From assembly GCA_964555095.1 (NCBI GenBank), contig CAZKRA010000001.1, forward strand, positions 24,964 through 80,203: DNA of 55,240 nucleotides, written 5' to 3'. Numbering within the stretch: position 1 is the stretch's first letter; every line of letters begins with the position of its first letter. Position numbers and translations under genes: made by a program. Under the pieces are notes generated by a model that saw nothing but the letters and a program-made list of their open reading frames with translations, did no database searches and was not told the DNA's origin. Of the stretch, positions 45,750 to 55,091 are shown in pieces. Origin of the DNA: an uncultured Candidatus Saccharibacteria bacterium (GTDB lineage: Bacteria; Patescibacteriota; Minisyncoccia; Minisyncoccales; CAYPLZ01).

Positions 45750-47333
45750 ATGGTTAAAAAAGAAAACAAATTAATAATAGAAGAAATAATTAAAAGTGAA
45801 GTTGGTTCTTCAAAAGAGTTAGAAATGGCTAAGAAAAGAATTGCTAAGGATTATGAAATGTCTTTGCCGAGTAATATGAAGCTACTTAAAACTTATCACG
45901 AAATGGTGGAAAATAAAAGGATTAAAAAAATGGAATGGATAGAAGATCTTTTACGGTCTAGACCAGTAAGATCTTTATCTGGGATTGTAAATGTTTCTGT
46001 TTTAACCAAACCTTATCCTTGTCCTGGAAATTGTATATTTTGTCCTTCTCAAGAAGGTATCCCAAAAAGCTACTTAGATTCTGAACCTGCAGTAATGAGA
46101 GCAGTAATTAATAAGTTTGATCCTTACAATCAAACTAAGAATAGACTAAAAGCGTTAAAAGAAATGGGACATCCTATTGATAAAATTGAACTTCGAATAA
46201 TTGGCGCAACCTGGACAGCTTATCCTGAAAAATATAAAAAAGAATTTATTAAAAGATGTTTTGACGCGGCCAATAAAGAGAAGAGCGATAATTTAAAAGA
46301 GGCAATGAAAAAAAATGAAGATACAAAAAGAAGAATTATTGGGATTCATGTAGAAACAAGACCAGACCTGATAGATGAAAAAGAGATAAAAAAGATGAGA
46401 GAATTAGGAATAACAGGATGTGAGCTTGGAATCCAAAGTATTTATAATGATGTTTTAGAAAAAAATAAAAGAGGGCATGGAATAGAAGAAACAATTAAAG
46501 CAACTAAACTTTTAAAAGATGCTGGTTTTAAAATTAGCTATCAGGTTATGCCTAATTTATTAGGAAGCAGCAAAGAAAAAGACTGGAAAATGTTTAAAGA
46601 AATATTTTCTAATTCTACTTTCCAGCCAGACATGATTAAAATTTATCCTTGTATGGTTTTGAAAGGAACAGAACTATATAAAAAATGGAAAGAAGTTAAA
46701 TTTAAACCTTATTCTAAAAAAGAACTTAAATCTCTTCTTAAAGAAATTAAAAAAGAAATTCCTTATTATGTCAGAGTGCAAAGAATTATTAGAGATATTC
46801 CAGTTAAAGAAATAGAAGCAGGTTGTAAGGTTTCTAATTTGAGACAAATAATTCATCAAGAGATGGAAAAAGAAGATTGGAATTGTAAATGTATAAGATG
46901 CAGAGAAATTAGAGAAAAATTTGAAAGAGATAAAGAGATTAAACTTTTTAGAATAGATTATGATGCTTCAGAGGGAAAAGAAATTTTCTTAAGCTTTGAA
47001 GATAAGGAAAGAGAAAATATTTTTAGCTTATTAAGACTAAGAATTCCTTCCTCTGTAATTAAAAAAGAAGAGCATTATTTTCCAGCTTTAAGTAATTCAG
47101 CTATTGTCAGGCAGATTCATACGTATGGCAGGATGGCTTCAATTAATAAAGACAAAAAAAGCTCTCCTCAACACAAAGGTATGGGTAAAAAATTAATGAA
47201 AAAAGCAGAAGAGATAGCCAAAGAAGAATTTAATTTAGATAAGATAGCTGTAATTTCTGGAATAGGAGTAAGGGGATATTACAAAAAATTAAACTACAAA
47301 CTAGAAGATACTTACATGATTAAAGAGTTATAG
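45750..47333 (+). CDS. elp3: Elp3-like radical SAM + GNAT tRNA-modification enzyme
   Basis: CPGNCIFCPSQ (CxxxCxxC) after RSRPVRSLSGIVNVSVLTKPYPC. C-terminal GNAT QHKGMGKKLMKKAEEIA. Confidence 0.85.
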   Translation: MVKKENKLIIEEIIKSEVGSSKELEMAKKRIAKDYEMSLPSNMKLLKTYHEMVENKRIKKMEWIEDLLRSRPVRSLSGIVNVSVLTKPYPCPGNCIFCPSQEGIPKSYLDSEPAVMRAVINKFDPYNQTKNRLKALKEMGHPIDKIELRIIGATWTAYPEKYKKEFIKRCFDAANKEKSDNLKEAMKKNEDTKRRIIGIHVETRPDLIDEKEIKKMRELGITGCELGIQSIYNDVLEKNKRGHGIEETIKATKLLKDAGFKISYQVMPNLLGSSKEKDWKMFKEIFSNSTFQPDMIKIYPCMVLKGTELYKKWKEVKFKPYSKKELKSLLKEIKKEIPYYVRVQRIIRDIPVKEIEAGCKVSNLRQIIHQEMEKEDWNCKCIRCREIREKFERDKEIKLFRIDYDASEGKEIFLSFEDKERENIFSLLRLRIPSSVIKKEEHYFPALSNSAIVRQIHTYGRMASINKDKKSSPQHKGMGKKLMKKAEEIAKEEFNLDKIAVISGIGVRGYYKKLNYKLEDTYMIKEL

Positions 47334-47408
47334 TATGAAAAAATAAACTTCTTGTGTTAAACTAAATTAAGAAAAAGGTCCTAATAAATTATTAAATTTA
47401 ATTTAAAA

Positions 47409-47669
47409 ATGGCAGAAGAAGGGAAACTAATAGGAGAAGTTACTCATTACTTTGATAATATTAGTGTTGCAGTTTTAGCTTTAAATAAAGGAACTCTTAA
47501 AGTAGGTGATGAAATAAGAATTGCTGGTGGAGAAGACACTGATTTTACTCAAAAAGTAAAATCAATGGAGATTGACCATGACTCTGTTGATAAAGCCAAG
47601 AAAGGAGATGAAGTAGCTATTAAAGTTGAAGAAAAAGTAAGAAGTAATTACAAGGTCTATAAGTTATAA
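47409..47669 (+). CDS. Small EF-Tu domain-2-like beta-barrel protein
   Basis: GEVTHYFDNISVAVLALNKGTLKVGDEIRIAGG...KKGDEVAIKV. Confidence 0.5.
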   Translation: MAEEGKLIGEVTHYFDNISVAVLALNKGTLKVGDEIRIAGGEDTDFTQKVKSMEIDHDSVDKAKKGDEVAIKVEEKVRSNYKVYKL

Positions 47670-47739
47670 ATTTGAATTATTTAAAGAGTAGTATAAAAGA
47701 AGCCTGATTTACAGGTTAAGTGTATTTATTGATTAAATT

Positions 47740-48879
47740 ATGTGGAGTAAAAATTCTTTTTTAGCTTTATTTACATTTGTTGGAGCAATAGTAGGAGCTG
47801 GAGTTTTCGGCTTGCCTTTTGTTGTGGCTAAGGCAGGGATTATTCCTAGTATTTTTTATATAATTATTCTTTCCTCAGTTGCTCTACTCCTTCAGTTGTT
47901 ATTTGGAGAAATAAATTTAAGAACTAGAGAAAGTCATCGTCTTCCAGGATTTGCTAAAAGATATCTTGGAGAAAGACACAAAAGAATAGTTTCCGTAGCT
48001 ACAATTACTGGAGCTATGGGTTCTTTGTTGGCTTATATCATTGCTAGTGGTGATTTTCTTCGCATTATCATTTCAACTTTTTCAAGTTTTAATATTTCAG
48101 CTACGGCATTAAGTTTCTTTTTTGCATTTTTTCTTTCCATCTTTATTTATAAGGGGATTGAAAGTATTTCTGCAATAGAAACCTTTATTAATATTGGTTT
48201 CTTTATTATTGTTATCTTATTATTTGGATCTAATTTTTCAGAGATTCAGTTAAGCAACTTTCAATTAGTTAATTTAGATAATATCTTTTTACCTTATGGA
48301 GTTATACTTTTTGCTTTTATGGGTTGGAGTGCTATACCTGCTATAAGTTCTATTCTTAAAAGTACAGAAGAAAAGAAAAGACTTAAAACAGTAATGATGG
48401 CTGGGATTGGAGTAATAATGATTCTCTATCTTCTTTTCACTATATCAATAGTTGGAGTTACTGGAACTAATACTACAGAAGAAGCTTTAAGAGGGTTAGT
48501 AGGAAGAGTAGATCCTCAAGTTATAGCTTTAGGAGCTTTATTTGGTATATTTGCTTTTGCTAGTTCCTTTTTAATTTTAGGAAATTATTTAAAAAATATA
48601 TTAATTTATGATTTTAGTATTCCACATTTTTTGTCTTTCTTAATAGCATGTGGAATCCCTATCTTTTTATTTGCAATCGGATTTAGAAGATTTATTAATG
48701 TAGTGGGAATAGTAGGAACGGTACTAGGAGTTGTGGAAGGAGCTACAATTATTTTTATATTCAAAAACGCAAAAGAATTAGGAAACAGAGAACCAGAATA
48801 TAATATTAGCGTCCCTGATTTTATTCTCCATTTAATTATTGTTATTTTTGTAATAGGATTGATTGTTCAAATTTTGTAG
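47740..48879 (+). CDS. Amino acid permease-like transporter (about 11 TM)
   Basis: FTFVGAIVGAGVFGLPFVVAKAG is typical of the Trp/Tyr-permease/AAAP-type N-terminus. Confidence 0.55.
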   Translation: MWSKNSFLALFTFVGAIVGAGVFGLPFVVAKAGIIPSIFYIIILSSVALLLQLLFGEINLRTRESHRLPGFAKRYLGERHKRIVSVATITGAMGSLLAYIIASGDFLRIIISTFSSFNISATALSFFFAFFLSIFIYKGIESISAIETFINIGFFIIVILLFGSNFSEIQLSNFQLVNLDNIFLPYGVILFAFMGWSAIPAISSILKSTEEKKRLKTVMMAGIGVIMILYLLFTISIVGVTGTNTTEEALRGLVGRVDPQVIALGALFGIFAFASSFLILGNYLKNILIYDFSIPHFLSFLIACGIPIFLFAIGFRRFINVVGIVGTVLGVVEGATIIFIFKNAKELGNREPEYNISVPDFILHLIIVIFVIGLIVQIL

Positions 48880-48954
48880 GGGTAATCAAAAAATATTCTT
48901 TCTAATGATATTGTGTTTATTATAGGAACAATAAGTTAATTTTTAATTAAAAAA

Positions 48955-49236
48955 ATGAGTGCTAAAAAAAGAGTAAAACTTTTAATTTCTGGTAGGGTTC
49001 AAGGAGTTGGTTTTAGGTTTAATACTAAAAGGAAAGCAAAAAAACTGAGAGTAAAAGGGTGGGTTAAAAATCTTGATAATGGGAAAATGAAAGCTGTAGT
49101 TGAAGGGGAAGAAAAAGATTTAGAGAAATTAATTGAATGGGCTAAAAAGGGACCTTTTACGGCGAAGGTAACAGATACTGATATTGAATTTGAAGATTAC
49201 AAAGGAGAGTTTAATAAGTTTAAAATAGAACGTTAA
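48955..49236 (+). CDS. acyP: Acylphosphatase
   Basis: ISGRVQGVGFRFNTKRKAKKLRVKGWVKNLDNGKMKAVVEG. Confidence 0.85.
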   Translation: MSAKKRVKLLISGRVQGVGFRFNTKRKAKKLRVKGWVKNLDNGKMKAVVEGEEKDLEKLIEWAKKGPFTAKVTDTDIEFEDYKGEFNKFKIER

Positions 49237-49258
49237 GAAATTAATTTTTAAAACTATT

Positions 49259-49600
49259 ATGATTCAAGATTATTCATTTGGGAAAATTAAAATTGGTGGG
49301 GAAAGCTATGAAAAGGATGTGGAAGTTAGATGGAATGGGGAAATTTTAGATTGGTGGAGAGAAGAAGGACATAAAGTTAATTTATCTGACATAGAGAGAG
49401 CCCTTCAAAAAGAACCAGACTTTATTGTAATTGGTACTGGTAGCTTAGGGAAAATAAAAATAAAAAACGAGCCTAAAAAGGCCGTCTTAAAAGAAGATAT
49501 TAAATTAGTAATTGATAAAACTTCTCAAGCAGTAAAAGCTTATAACAAACTAAAAAAAGTTGATAAAAAAGTTATTGGTCTTTTTCATTTAACTTGTTAA
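49259..49600 (+). CDS. Mth938-domain (DUF498-like) protein
   Basis: FGKIKIGGESYEKDVEV...DFIVIGTGSLG pattern. Confidence 0.5.
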   Translation: MIQDYSFGKIKIGGESYEKDVEVRWNGEILDWWREEGHKVNLSDIERALQKEPDFIVIGTGSLGKIKIKNEPKKAVLKEDIKLVIDKTSQAVKAYNKLKKVDKKVIGLFHLTC

Positions 49601-50659
49601 GTTTTTTTCTTTAACTTTTTGTTTTATTTTTTCTTTTAAAATTTGAATAGTTCTCTCTTTTTTAATTTTTTGAACGACTTTACCATTTTTCATAATTATA
49701 TTCTTTTCTTTAGCTCCAACTACAGCTAAATCTACAGTTTTCCCTTCTCCTAAACCATTAACTACGCACCCCATAATTGCTATTTTTAAAGGAGTTTTTA
49801 TATCTGAGGTAAACTCTCTTATTTTTTTAGAAATTTTTATAACATCTAAATCAGCTCTAGCACAAGTAGGGCAACTTATGATACTAACTCCATGCTCTCT
49901 TAATTCAAGGCTTTTTAATATTTCATAAGCAACCTTAATTTCTTTTATAGGATCAGTGCTTAAAGAGATTCTAATTGTATCTCCAATGCCTTGATAAAGC
50001 AGAGCCCCTACCCCAAGAGAAGATTTAATTGAACCAGCAAATTCTCCTCCAGCTTCAGTTACTCCTAAGTGAAGAGGATAGTCTGTTTTTTGAGAAAGAA
50101 TTTTATTAGCTTTAATTGTTCTTTTTACATCAGTAGCTTTCAAAGAAACTACTATTTGGTCAAACCCAAATTGTTCTACCCTTTTAATGTTTGAAAGGGC
50201 AGACTCAGCCATTGTTTCTGCGTCTACTCCTTCATGTTTTTTCTCTAATTCTTCTTCAATAGATCCACTATTAATTCCAATCCGAATTGGAATATTTTTT
50301 TCTTTAGCTAAAGTTACTACTTTTTTTAATTTATCCTTTGGAAAATTACCAGGATTAATTCTAATCTTATCTATTCCTTGTTTAATTGAATCAATAGCTA
50401 GTTCTGCTGAAAAATGAATATCTGCTATTAAAGGAATATTAATTTTTTCTTTGATTTCTTTTAGTTTTTGAGCTGCCTTCTTGTTTGGGACACCAACCCT
50501 TATAATCTCGCATCCTGCTTTTTCTAGTTTTTTAATTTGAGCTACAGTTTTTTCTATATTACTTGTTGGAACATTTGTCATTGATTGGACTAGGATTGGA
50601 TTATTTCCACCAATTTTTTTATCTCCTATTTTTATAACTTTTGTTTTCTTTCTTTTCAT
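49589..50659 (-). CDS. ispG: 4-hydroxy-3-methylbut-2-en-1-yl diphosphate synthase
   Basis: IGGNNPILVQSMTN...RVGVP...IPLIADIHF...RINPGN...SCPTCAR...MGCVVNGLGE. Confidence 0.92.
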   Translation of the reverse strand: MKRKKTKVIKIGDKKIGGNNPILVQSMTNVPTSNIEKTVAQIKKLEKAGCEIIRVGVPNKKAAQKLKEIKEKINIPLIADIHFSAELAIDSIKQGIDKIRINPGNFPKDKLKKVVTLAKEKNIPIRIGINSGSIEEELEKKHEGVDAETMAESALSNIKRVEQFGFDQIVVSLKATDVKRTIKANKILSQKTDYPLHLGVTEAGGEFAGSIKSSLGVGALLYQGIGDTIRISLSTDPIKEIKVAYEILKSLELREHGVSIISCPTCARADLDVIKISKKIREFTSDIKTPLKIAIMGCVVNGLGEGKTVDLAVVGAKEKNIIMKNGKVVQKIKKERTIQILKEKIKQKVKEKNLTS

Positions 50660-50692
50660 TTTTTTTAAATTAATATCAATTAAGCTTAGATA

Positions 50693-51553
50693 TTATTTAC
50701 TTATTTTTTTATAATCTTCAAAGTTTTCTTTAAGATATTTTTTAATTTTTTCAACTTCACAGTCAGGGGATGAAGTTCCAGAGACTACACCTAAAGTTTC
50801 TATATTTCCAAAACCCTCCTCTCCCAACGCTTCAACAAGTTCTTGTTTAATATTTATCCACCAGATCTTTTTATTCTTATCTTTGGCCATCTGAATTAAT
50901 CTACTAGTGTTAGCTGATTTTTTGGATCCGATTACTAAAATTCCTTCTGCCTTTTCAAAAATTTTTTCTAATTCTTTTTGGCGGGAGACTACTTCTGGGC
51001 AAATTGTGTCCTCCCATTTAAAATCATCTATTTTTTCTTTTAATATTCCTATTATTTTTTCAGCTTTTTGGTGGTCTTTTGTGGTTTGGATTAAAGCAGC
51101 AGCTTTTTTAGGGGGATCTAATTTTTTTGCTTTTTCAATATCTGAAATTATAATTGAACTATTTTCAGTATAGCCATCAATTCCTTTTACTTCAGAATGT
51201 TCTTTGTCTCCAATAATTATTACTTGGTAGCCTTCTTTATAAAATTTTTGAGCTGTTTTTTGAACTTTTTCTACCAGAGGGCAAGTAGTATCTCTTAATT
51301 TAATATTCTCTGGAGTTTTAGTAGGAGGGAGTCCATGAGCTCTTATAATAACAGTACCTTCTTCTGCTTTATCAAAGCTAGAAATTGTCTTTCCTCCCTT
51401 TTTATTAACCTCACTTATTACTAATTCATTATGGACTATTTCACCTAAAAACTGGACTGGTTTAGGATCATTCTTTAAGGAGTTCATAGCTATTTTAATG
51501 GCTCTTCTTACTCCAGAACAGAAGCCCATATGTTTTGCAAATAGTATTTTCAT
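50693..51553 (-). CDS. ispH: 4-hydroxy-3-methylbut-2-enyl diphosphate reductase
   Basis: MGFCSGVRRAI...GEIVHN...TCPLV...HSEV...ICPEV...SANTSRL. Confidence 0.92.
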   Translation of the reverse strand: MKILFAKHMGFCSGVRRAIKIAMNSLKNDPKPVQFLGEIVHNELVISEVNKKGGKTISSFDKAEEGTVIIRAHGLPPTKTPENIKLRDTTCPLVEKVQKTAQKFYKEGYQVIIIGDKEHSEVKGIDGYTENSSIIISDIEKAKKLDPPKKAAALIQTTKDHQKAEKIIGILKEKIDDFKWEDTICPEVVSRQKELEKIFEKAEGILVIGSKKSANTSRLIQMAKDKNKKIWWINIKQELVEALGEEGFGNIETLGVVSGTSSPDCEVEKIKKYLKENFEDYKKISK

Positions 51554-51626
51554 AGTTAAATTATTTCAACAAGTTGAGAGATTGTCAAATTGAACCTTTT
51601 ATCTTTTTGTTATATTATACAAAAAC

Positions 51627-52928
51627 ATGACTCAAGATGAAGCTTTGACAATTTTGAAAATGGGATACAATGTTTTTCTAACTGGACCTCCGGGTAGTGG
51701 GAAGACACACCTCTTAAACCGCTATATCTCTTATTTAAAGAGGGAAGGAGTTAAAATGGGTATTACTGCCTCAACTGGGATTGCAGCTACCCATTTGGAC
51801 GGTATTACAATTCATTCTTGGTCCGGATTAGGAATAAAAGAAGAATTATCGGAAAGGGATTTAGAGAAAATGGCAAAGACCCCTTATCTTAAAAAAAGAA
51901 TTAGAAATACTGATGTTTTAATTATTGATGAAGTTTCAATGCTTCATGATTATCAATTTGATTTTATTAATAAGATATGTAGGGCTCTTCGCAATGATCC
52001 TCGTCCTTTTGGTGGTCTTCAAATAGTTTGTGCAGGAGATTTTTTTCAACTACCTCCTGTTACTAAAAAAAGAAAAAATCCTAGATTTGTTACTCTTTCT
52101 CAAATTTGGAATGAAATGGATATTAAAATTTGTTATTTAACAGAACAGCATAGACACCAAGAAGCAGAACTTAGTAAAATTTTAGGGGAGATTAGAACAA
52201 ACAATGTTACAAAAAGTTCAATTAAAACTCTTTTAAAGCAAAAAAAGAAAGAATTTGATTTAAATATTAATCCTACAAAACTGTATACCCACAATAGAGG
52301 GGTGGATATGATAAATAGTAAAAAATTAAACCTAATAAAAGAAAAAAGTCATTCCTATACTTATCAAAAAAAAGGACAAAAACGGTTTGCTAATTTTTTA
52401 ATTAATAATAGTATTGTTCCTAAAAAACTTGTTTTAAAAGAAGGAGCTGTAGTTATGTTTATTAAAAATAATTTTGAGAGAGGTTATGTTAATGGAACCT
52501 TAGGAAAAGTAGTTGGATTTGAGAGGGGTAACCCAGTGGTTAAAACGACTTCTAATAGGAAAATTTTTGTTGAAAGAGAAGAATGGAGAGTAATAGAAGA
52601 AGGAAAAGAGAAAGCAAAGATAATACAATTTCCTTTAAGGCTAGCTTGGGCAATTACTATTCATAAAAGTCAAGGGATGAGTTTAGATGCGGCTGAAATT
52701 AATTTATCCAAGGCTTTTACTCCGGGCATGGGGTATGTTGCTCTTTCTAGGGTAAAAAGCTTAACTGGTTTAAAACTAGTAGGATTAAATAAAACAGCGC
52801 TTCAAGTAAAACCTGAAGTAATAGAATTGGATAAAAAATTCAAGAAAAAATCAAAAACAATTCAGAACTATATTAATAATAGCTCTTCTCAAGAGATAGA
52901 AGAAAAAATCAAAAAACAATTTTCTTGA
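51627..52928 (+). CDS. PIF1/RecD-like superfamily 1 DNA helicase
   Basis: GPPGSGKTHLL, LIIDEVSML, GDFFQLPPV, C-terminal AITIHKSQGMSLD...YVALSRV. Confidence 0.8.
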   Translation: MTQDEALTILKMGYNVFLTGPPGSGKTHLLNRYISYLKREGVKMGITASTGIAATHLDGITIHSWSGLGIKEELSERDLEKMAKTPYLKKRIRNTDVLIIDEVSMLHDYQFDFINKICRALRNDPRPFGGLQIVCAGDFFQLPPVTKKRKNPRFVTLSQIWNEMDIKICYLTEQHRHQEAELSKILGEIRTNNVTKSSIKTLLKQKKKEFDLNINPTKLYTHNRGVDMINSKKLNLIKEKSHSYTYQKKGQKRFANFLINNSIVPKKLVLKEGAVVMFIKNNFERGYVNGTLGKVVGFERGNPVVKTTSNRKIFVEREEWRVIEEGKEKAKIIQFPLRLAWAITIHKSQGMSLDAAEINLSKAFTPGMGYVALSRVKSLTGLKLVGLNKTALQVKPEVIELDKKFKKKSKTIQNYINNSSSQEIEEKIKKQFS

Positions 52929-52952
52929 CAAAAGTGATTTTTGGAATAGAAT
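52925..52952 (+). promoter_or_regulatory. Near-consensus sigma70-type promoter: TTGACA, 16-nt spacer, TAGAAT
   Basis: TTGACA 52925-30 overlaps the helicase stop codon. TAGAAT is at 52947-52. This implies a ~200-nt greA leader. Confidence 0.45.
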
Positions 52953-53043
52953 AAAAGTAGAAAATAGCTTATAGTGTTATTTAAGTATGAATTATAATTC
53001 TCTTCAACTTAATTGGAGGAAAAAAGAAAAGTCGTTGCTCTTT

Positions 53044-53076
53044 ACTTTACCAACGCTAACCACTGGTAAAGTTTTG
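53044..53076 (+). terminator. Terminator-like hairpin inside the greA leader
   Basis: actttacca-(11 nt)-tggtaaagt, a 9-bp stem followed by ttttgtgtg. The stem is AT-rich, so a weak terminator at best. Confidence 0.3.
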
Positions 53077-53157
53077 TGTGGGGGATAGCCTAAAAAAGGT
53101 TTTAATTATATTTTTTCAAAAATCCCCTTTAAATAAAGGAGATTTTTAATTTAAATT

Positions 53158-53634
53158 ATGAAAAAAGAAAGAGTATACTATTTAACTGAAAAAGGATATA
53201 AGAAACTAAAGGAGGAATTTGAACAATTAAAAAAATTAAAACTTGCTAAAACAAAGGAAGGATCACCTGAGGTTTGGCACTCAGAGGATATTAATCCAGA
53301 CTTTATTGCGTATAAAGAAGATCTTGACTTTTTAGATAAAAGACTTTCTGAATTAGAAGAAGTTTTAAAAAATGTAGAAATTATTAAAGCACCTCCTAAG
53401 AAAGAGAGAGATATTATTAAATTAGGTGCTACTGTAAAAGTTCAAGCTAATAGCAATGAAGACGAATTTAAATTAGTTGGAACGCTAGAAGCAGATCCTA
53501 CACTTGGTAAAATTAGTAATGAATCCCCAGTAGGTAGAAATTTATTAGGACATAAAGTAGGAGATAAGGTGATAGTAAATTCTGCTACTGAAACTATTTA
53601 TAAAATCAAAGGTATTAAATACAATTTAGATTAG
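53158..53634 (+). CDS. greA: Transcription elongation factor GreA
   Basis: N-terminal coiled coil YLTEKGYKKLKEEFEQLK. C-terminal ISNESPVGRNLLGHKVGDKV. Confidence 0.85.
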   Translation: MKKERVYYLTEKGYKKLKEEFEQLKKLKLAKTKEGSPEVWHSEDINPDFIAYKEDLDFLDKRLSELEEVLKNVEIIKAPPKKERDIIKLGATVKVQANSNEDEFKLVGTLEADPTLGKISNESPVGRNLLGHKVGDKVIVNSATETIYKIKGIKYNLD

Positions 53635-53635
53635 C

Positions 53636-54937
53636 ATGGAAAAACAAGATTTAGAGGCTCTAATAAATTTTTCCACTCAAATTGGAAAGCTAAAAAGAAA
53701 GCAGAGAAAAGGGTGGGTGGTTTGGCACGATATTGATAATTCTGAATCAACCTCCTCCCACATTTTTAGAACTACACTTTTAGCTTGGGGTTTAGGTCAG
53801 GAGCAAGAGGATTTAGATACTGATAAAATAATCAAAATGGCTCTGGTTCATGACCTTTGCGAAGTTTATGCAGAGGATGAAACTCCTTATGCAGTTTTAT
53901 TACCTGAGGATAAGGATTCAGAGAAGATGAAAGAAATTTTAAAAAAACATCCTCGGATTCAATCTTCTTTAAAAGATAGAAAGAAGCAAAAAAAGAAAAA
54001 ATTTAAAAATGAACTTGAGGGGATTGAAAATTTAATTTCTGATTTACCTCAAGACTTAAAAAAAGAAGTAAAAAATATTTGGCTTGAGTATGAAAAGAAG
54101 CTAAGTAAAGAAGGACGATTTGTTAAACAAATTGATAAGCTAGAGAATCTTCTTCAAGGTTTAGAGTACTGGAAAGAGCAAGGGCAAATTCAGAAAAATC
54201 TCTGGATTATGGATGCTAAAGAAAGAATTGAAGATGAAAAACTCCAATTGTTTTTAAATGAGATTGATAATGAGTTTTCTAATAAAGAACCTGAAAATGA
54301 AAAGTATAGAACTTTTGTTAAATTTTTTATTAATTGTGGGATATTAAAAAGAAAAAAAAGAAGAGGGTGGACAGTTTTACATGACCTTAAAGATTCTGAA
54401 ATTACAGCAGATCACGTTTTTAGAGCTACAGTTTTAGCTTGGATATTCGGTAGGAAAGAAGAAGATTTAAACTTAGAAGAAGTGATTAAAATGGCTCTGG
54501 TTCATGATCTTTGCGAAGTTTATGCTAAAGACGAAATACCTTATGAGGGGTTAGTAGACGAAGATACCAGTAAAGAAGAGAAAGAAAAAATTAGAAAGAA
54601 AAGATCTAGAACCCAATATACAAAGGAAGAAAGAAAGAAAAGATTAGAAGAAAAAACAAGAAAAGAAAAAGAAGCTCTAGATAAACTTTTAAAAGATTTA
54701 CCAAAAGATTTTAAAATTAAAGCGAAGCATCTCTGGCAAAATTATGAAAACAAAAGAACGAAAGAAGCAAGATTTGTAAAACAGATTGATAGATTAGAAA
54801 GCCTAATTCAAGCTTTAGAATATTGGAAAGAGCAAGGGCAAATAGAAAAAGATTTATGGCTTTCCGCCTCTAGCGAATGGGCTACTAATAAAAATTTAAT
54901 CAAGGCAATTGATATTTTAAGAAAAAAATATAATTAA
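53636..54937 (+). CDS. Tandem-duplicated HD-domain phosphohydrolase (two YfbR-like 5'-nucleotidase-type halves)
   Basis: KRKQRKGWVVWHD...SHIFRTTLLAW...MALVHDLCEVYAEDETPY...FVKQIDKLENLLQGLEYWKEQGQI is repeated as KRKKRRGWTVLHD...DHVFRATVLAW...MALVHDLCEVYAKDEIPY...FVKQIDRLESLIQALEYWKEQGQI. Confidence 0.75.
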   Translation: MEKQDLEALINFSTQIGKLKRKQRKGWVVWHDIDNSESTSSHIFRTTLLAWGLGQEQEDLDTDKIIKMALVHDLCEVYAEDETPYAVLLPEDKDSEKMKEILKKHPRIQSSLKDRKKQKKKKFKNELEGIENLISDLPQDLKKEVKNIWLEYEKKLSKEGRFVKQIDKLENLLQGLEYWKEQGQIQKNLWIMDAKERIEDEKLQLFLNEIDNEFSNKEPENEKYRTFVKFFINCGILKRKKRRGWTVLHDLKDSEITADHVFRATVLAWIFGRKEEDLNLEEVIKMALVHDLCEVYAKDEIPYEGLVDEDTSKEEKEKIRKKRSRTQYTKEERKKRLEEKTRKEKEALDKLLKDLPKDFKIKAKHLWQNYENKRTKEARFVKQIDRLESLIQALEYWKEQGQIEKDLWLSASSEWATNKNLIKAIDILRKKYN

Positions 54938-54992
54938 AAGGAATTTCTAATTGAAGCTATTCCGATTGGGAGCAACAAAAATTTTAGCTTAG

Positions 54993-55021
54993 AGCCTCTC
55001 TTTTAAAGAGAGGGTTTTTTT
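54993..55021 (+). terminator. Rho-independent terminator
   Basis: cctctctt-ttaa-agagagg followed by a 7-T run. Confidence 0.65.
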
Positions 55022-55091
55022 ATAAAACTTTAAAAGGATTTTTATGAGTGGTATAATATAGTTAAGAAAACAATTAATAATAAAAAATAAT

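Noticed and set aside
53035-53088. Possible 17-codon leader peptide (TTG start, LFTLPTLTTGKVLCGG) in the greA leader
   Set aside because: The start is non-ATG. The nearest GGAGG is 15 nt upstream, which is too far. The ORF simply spans the hairpin. There is no supporting evidence.
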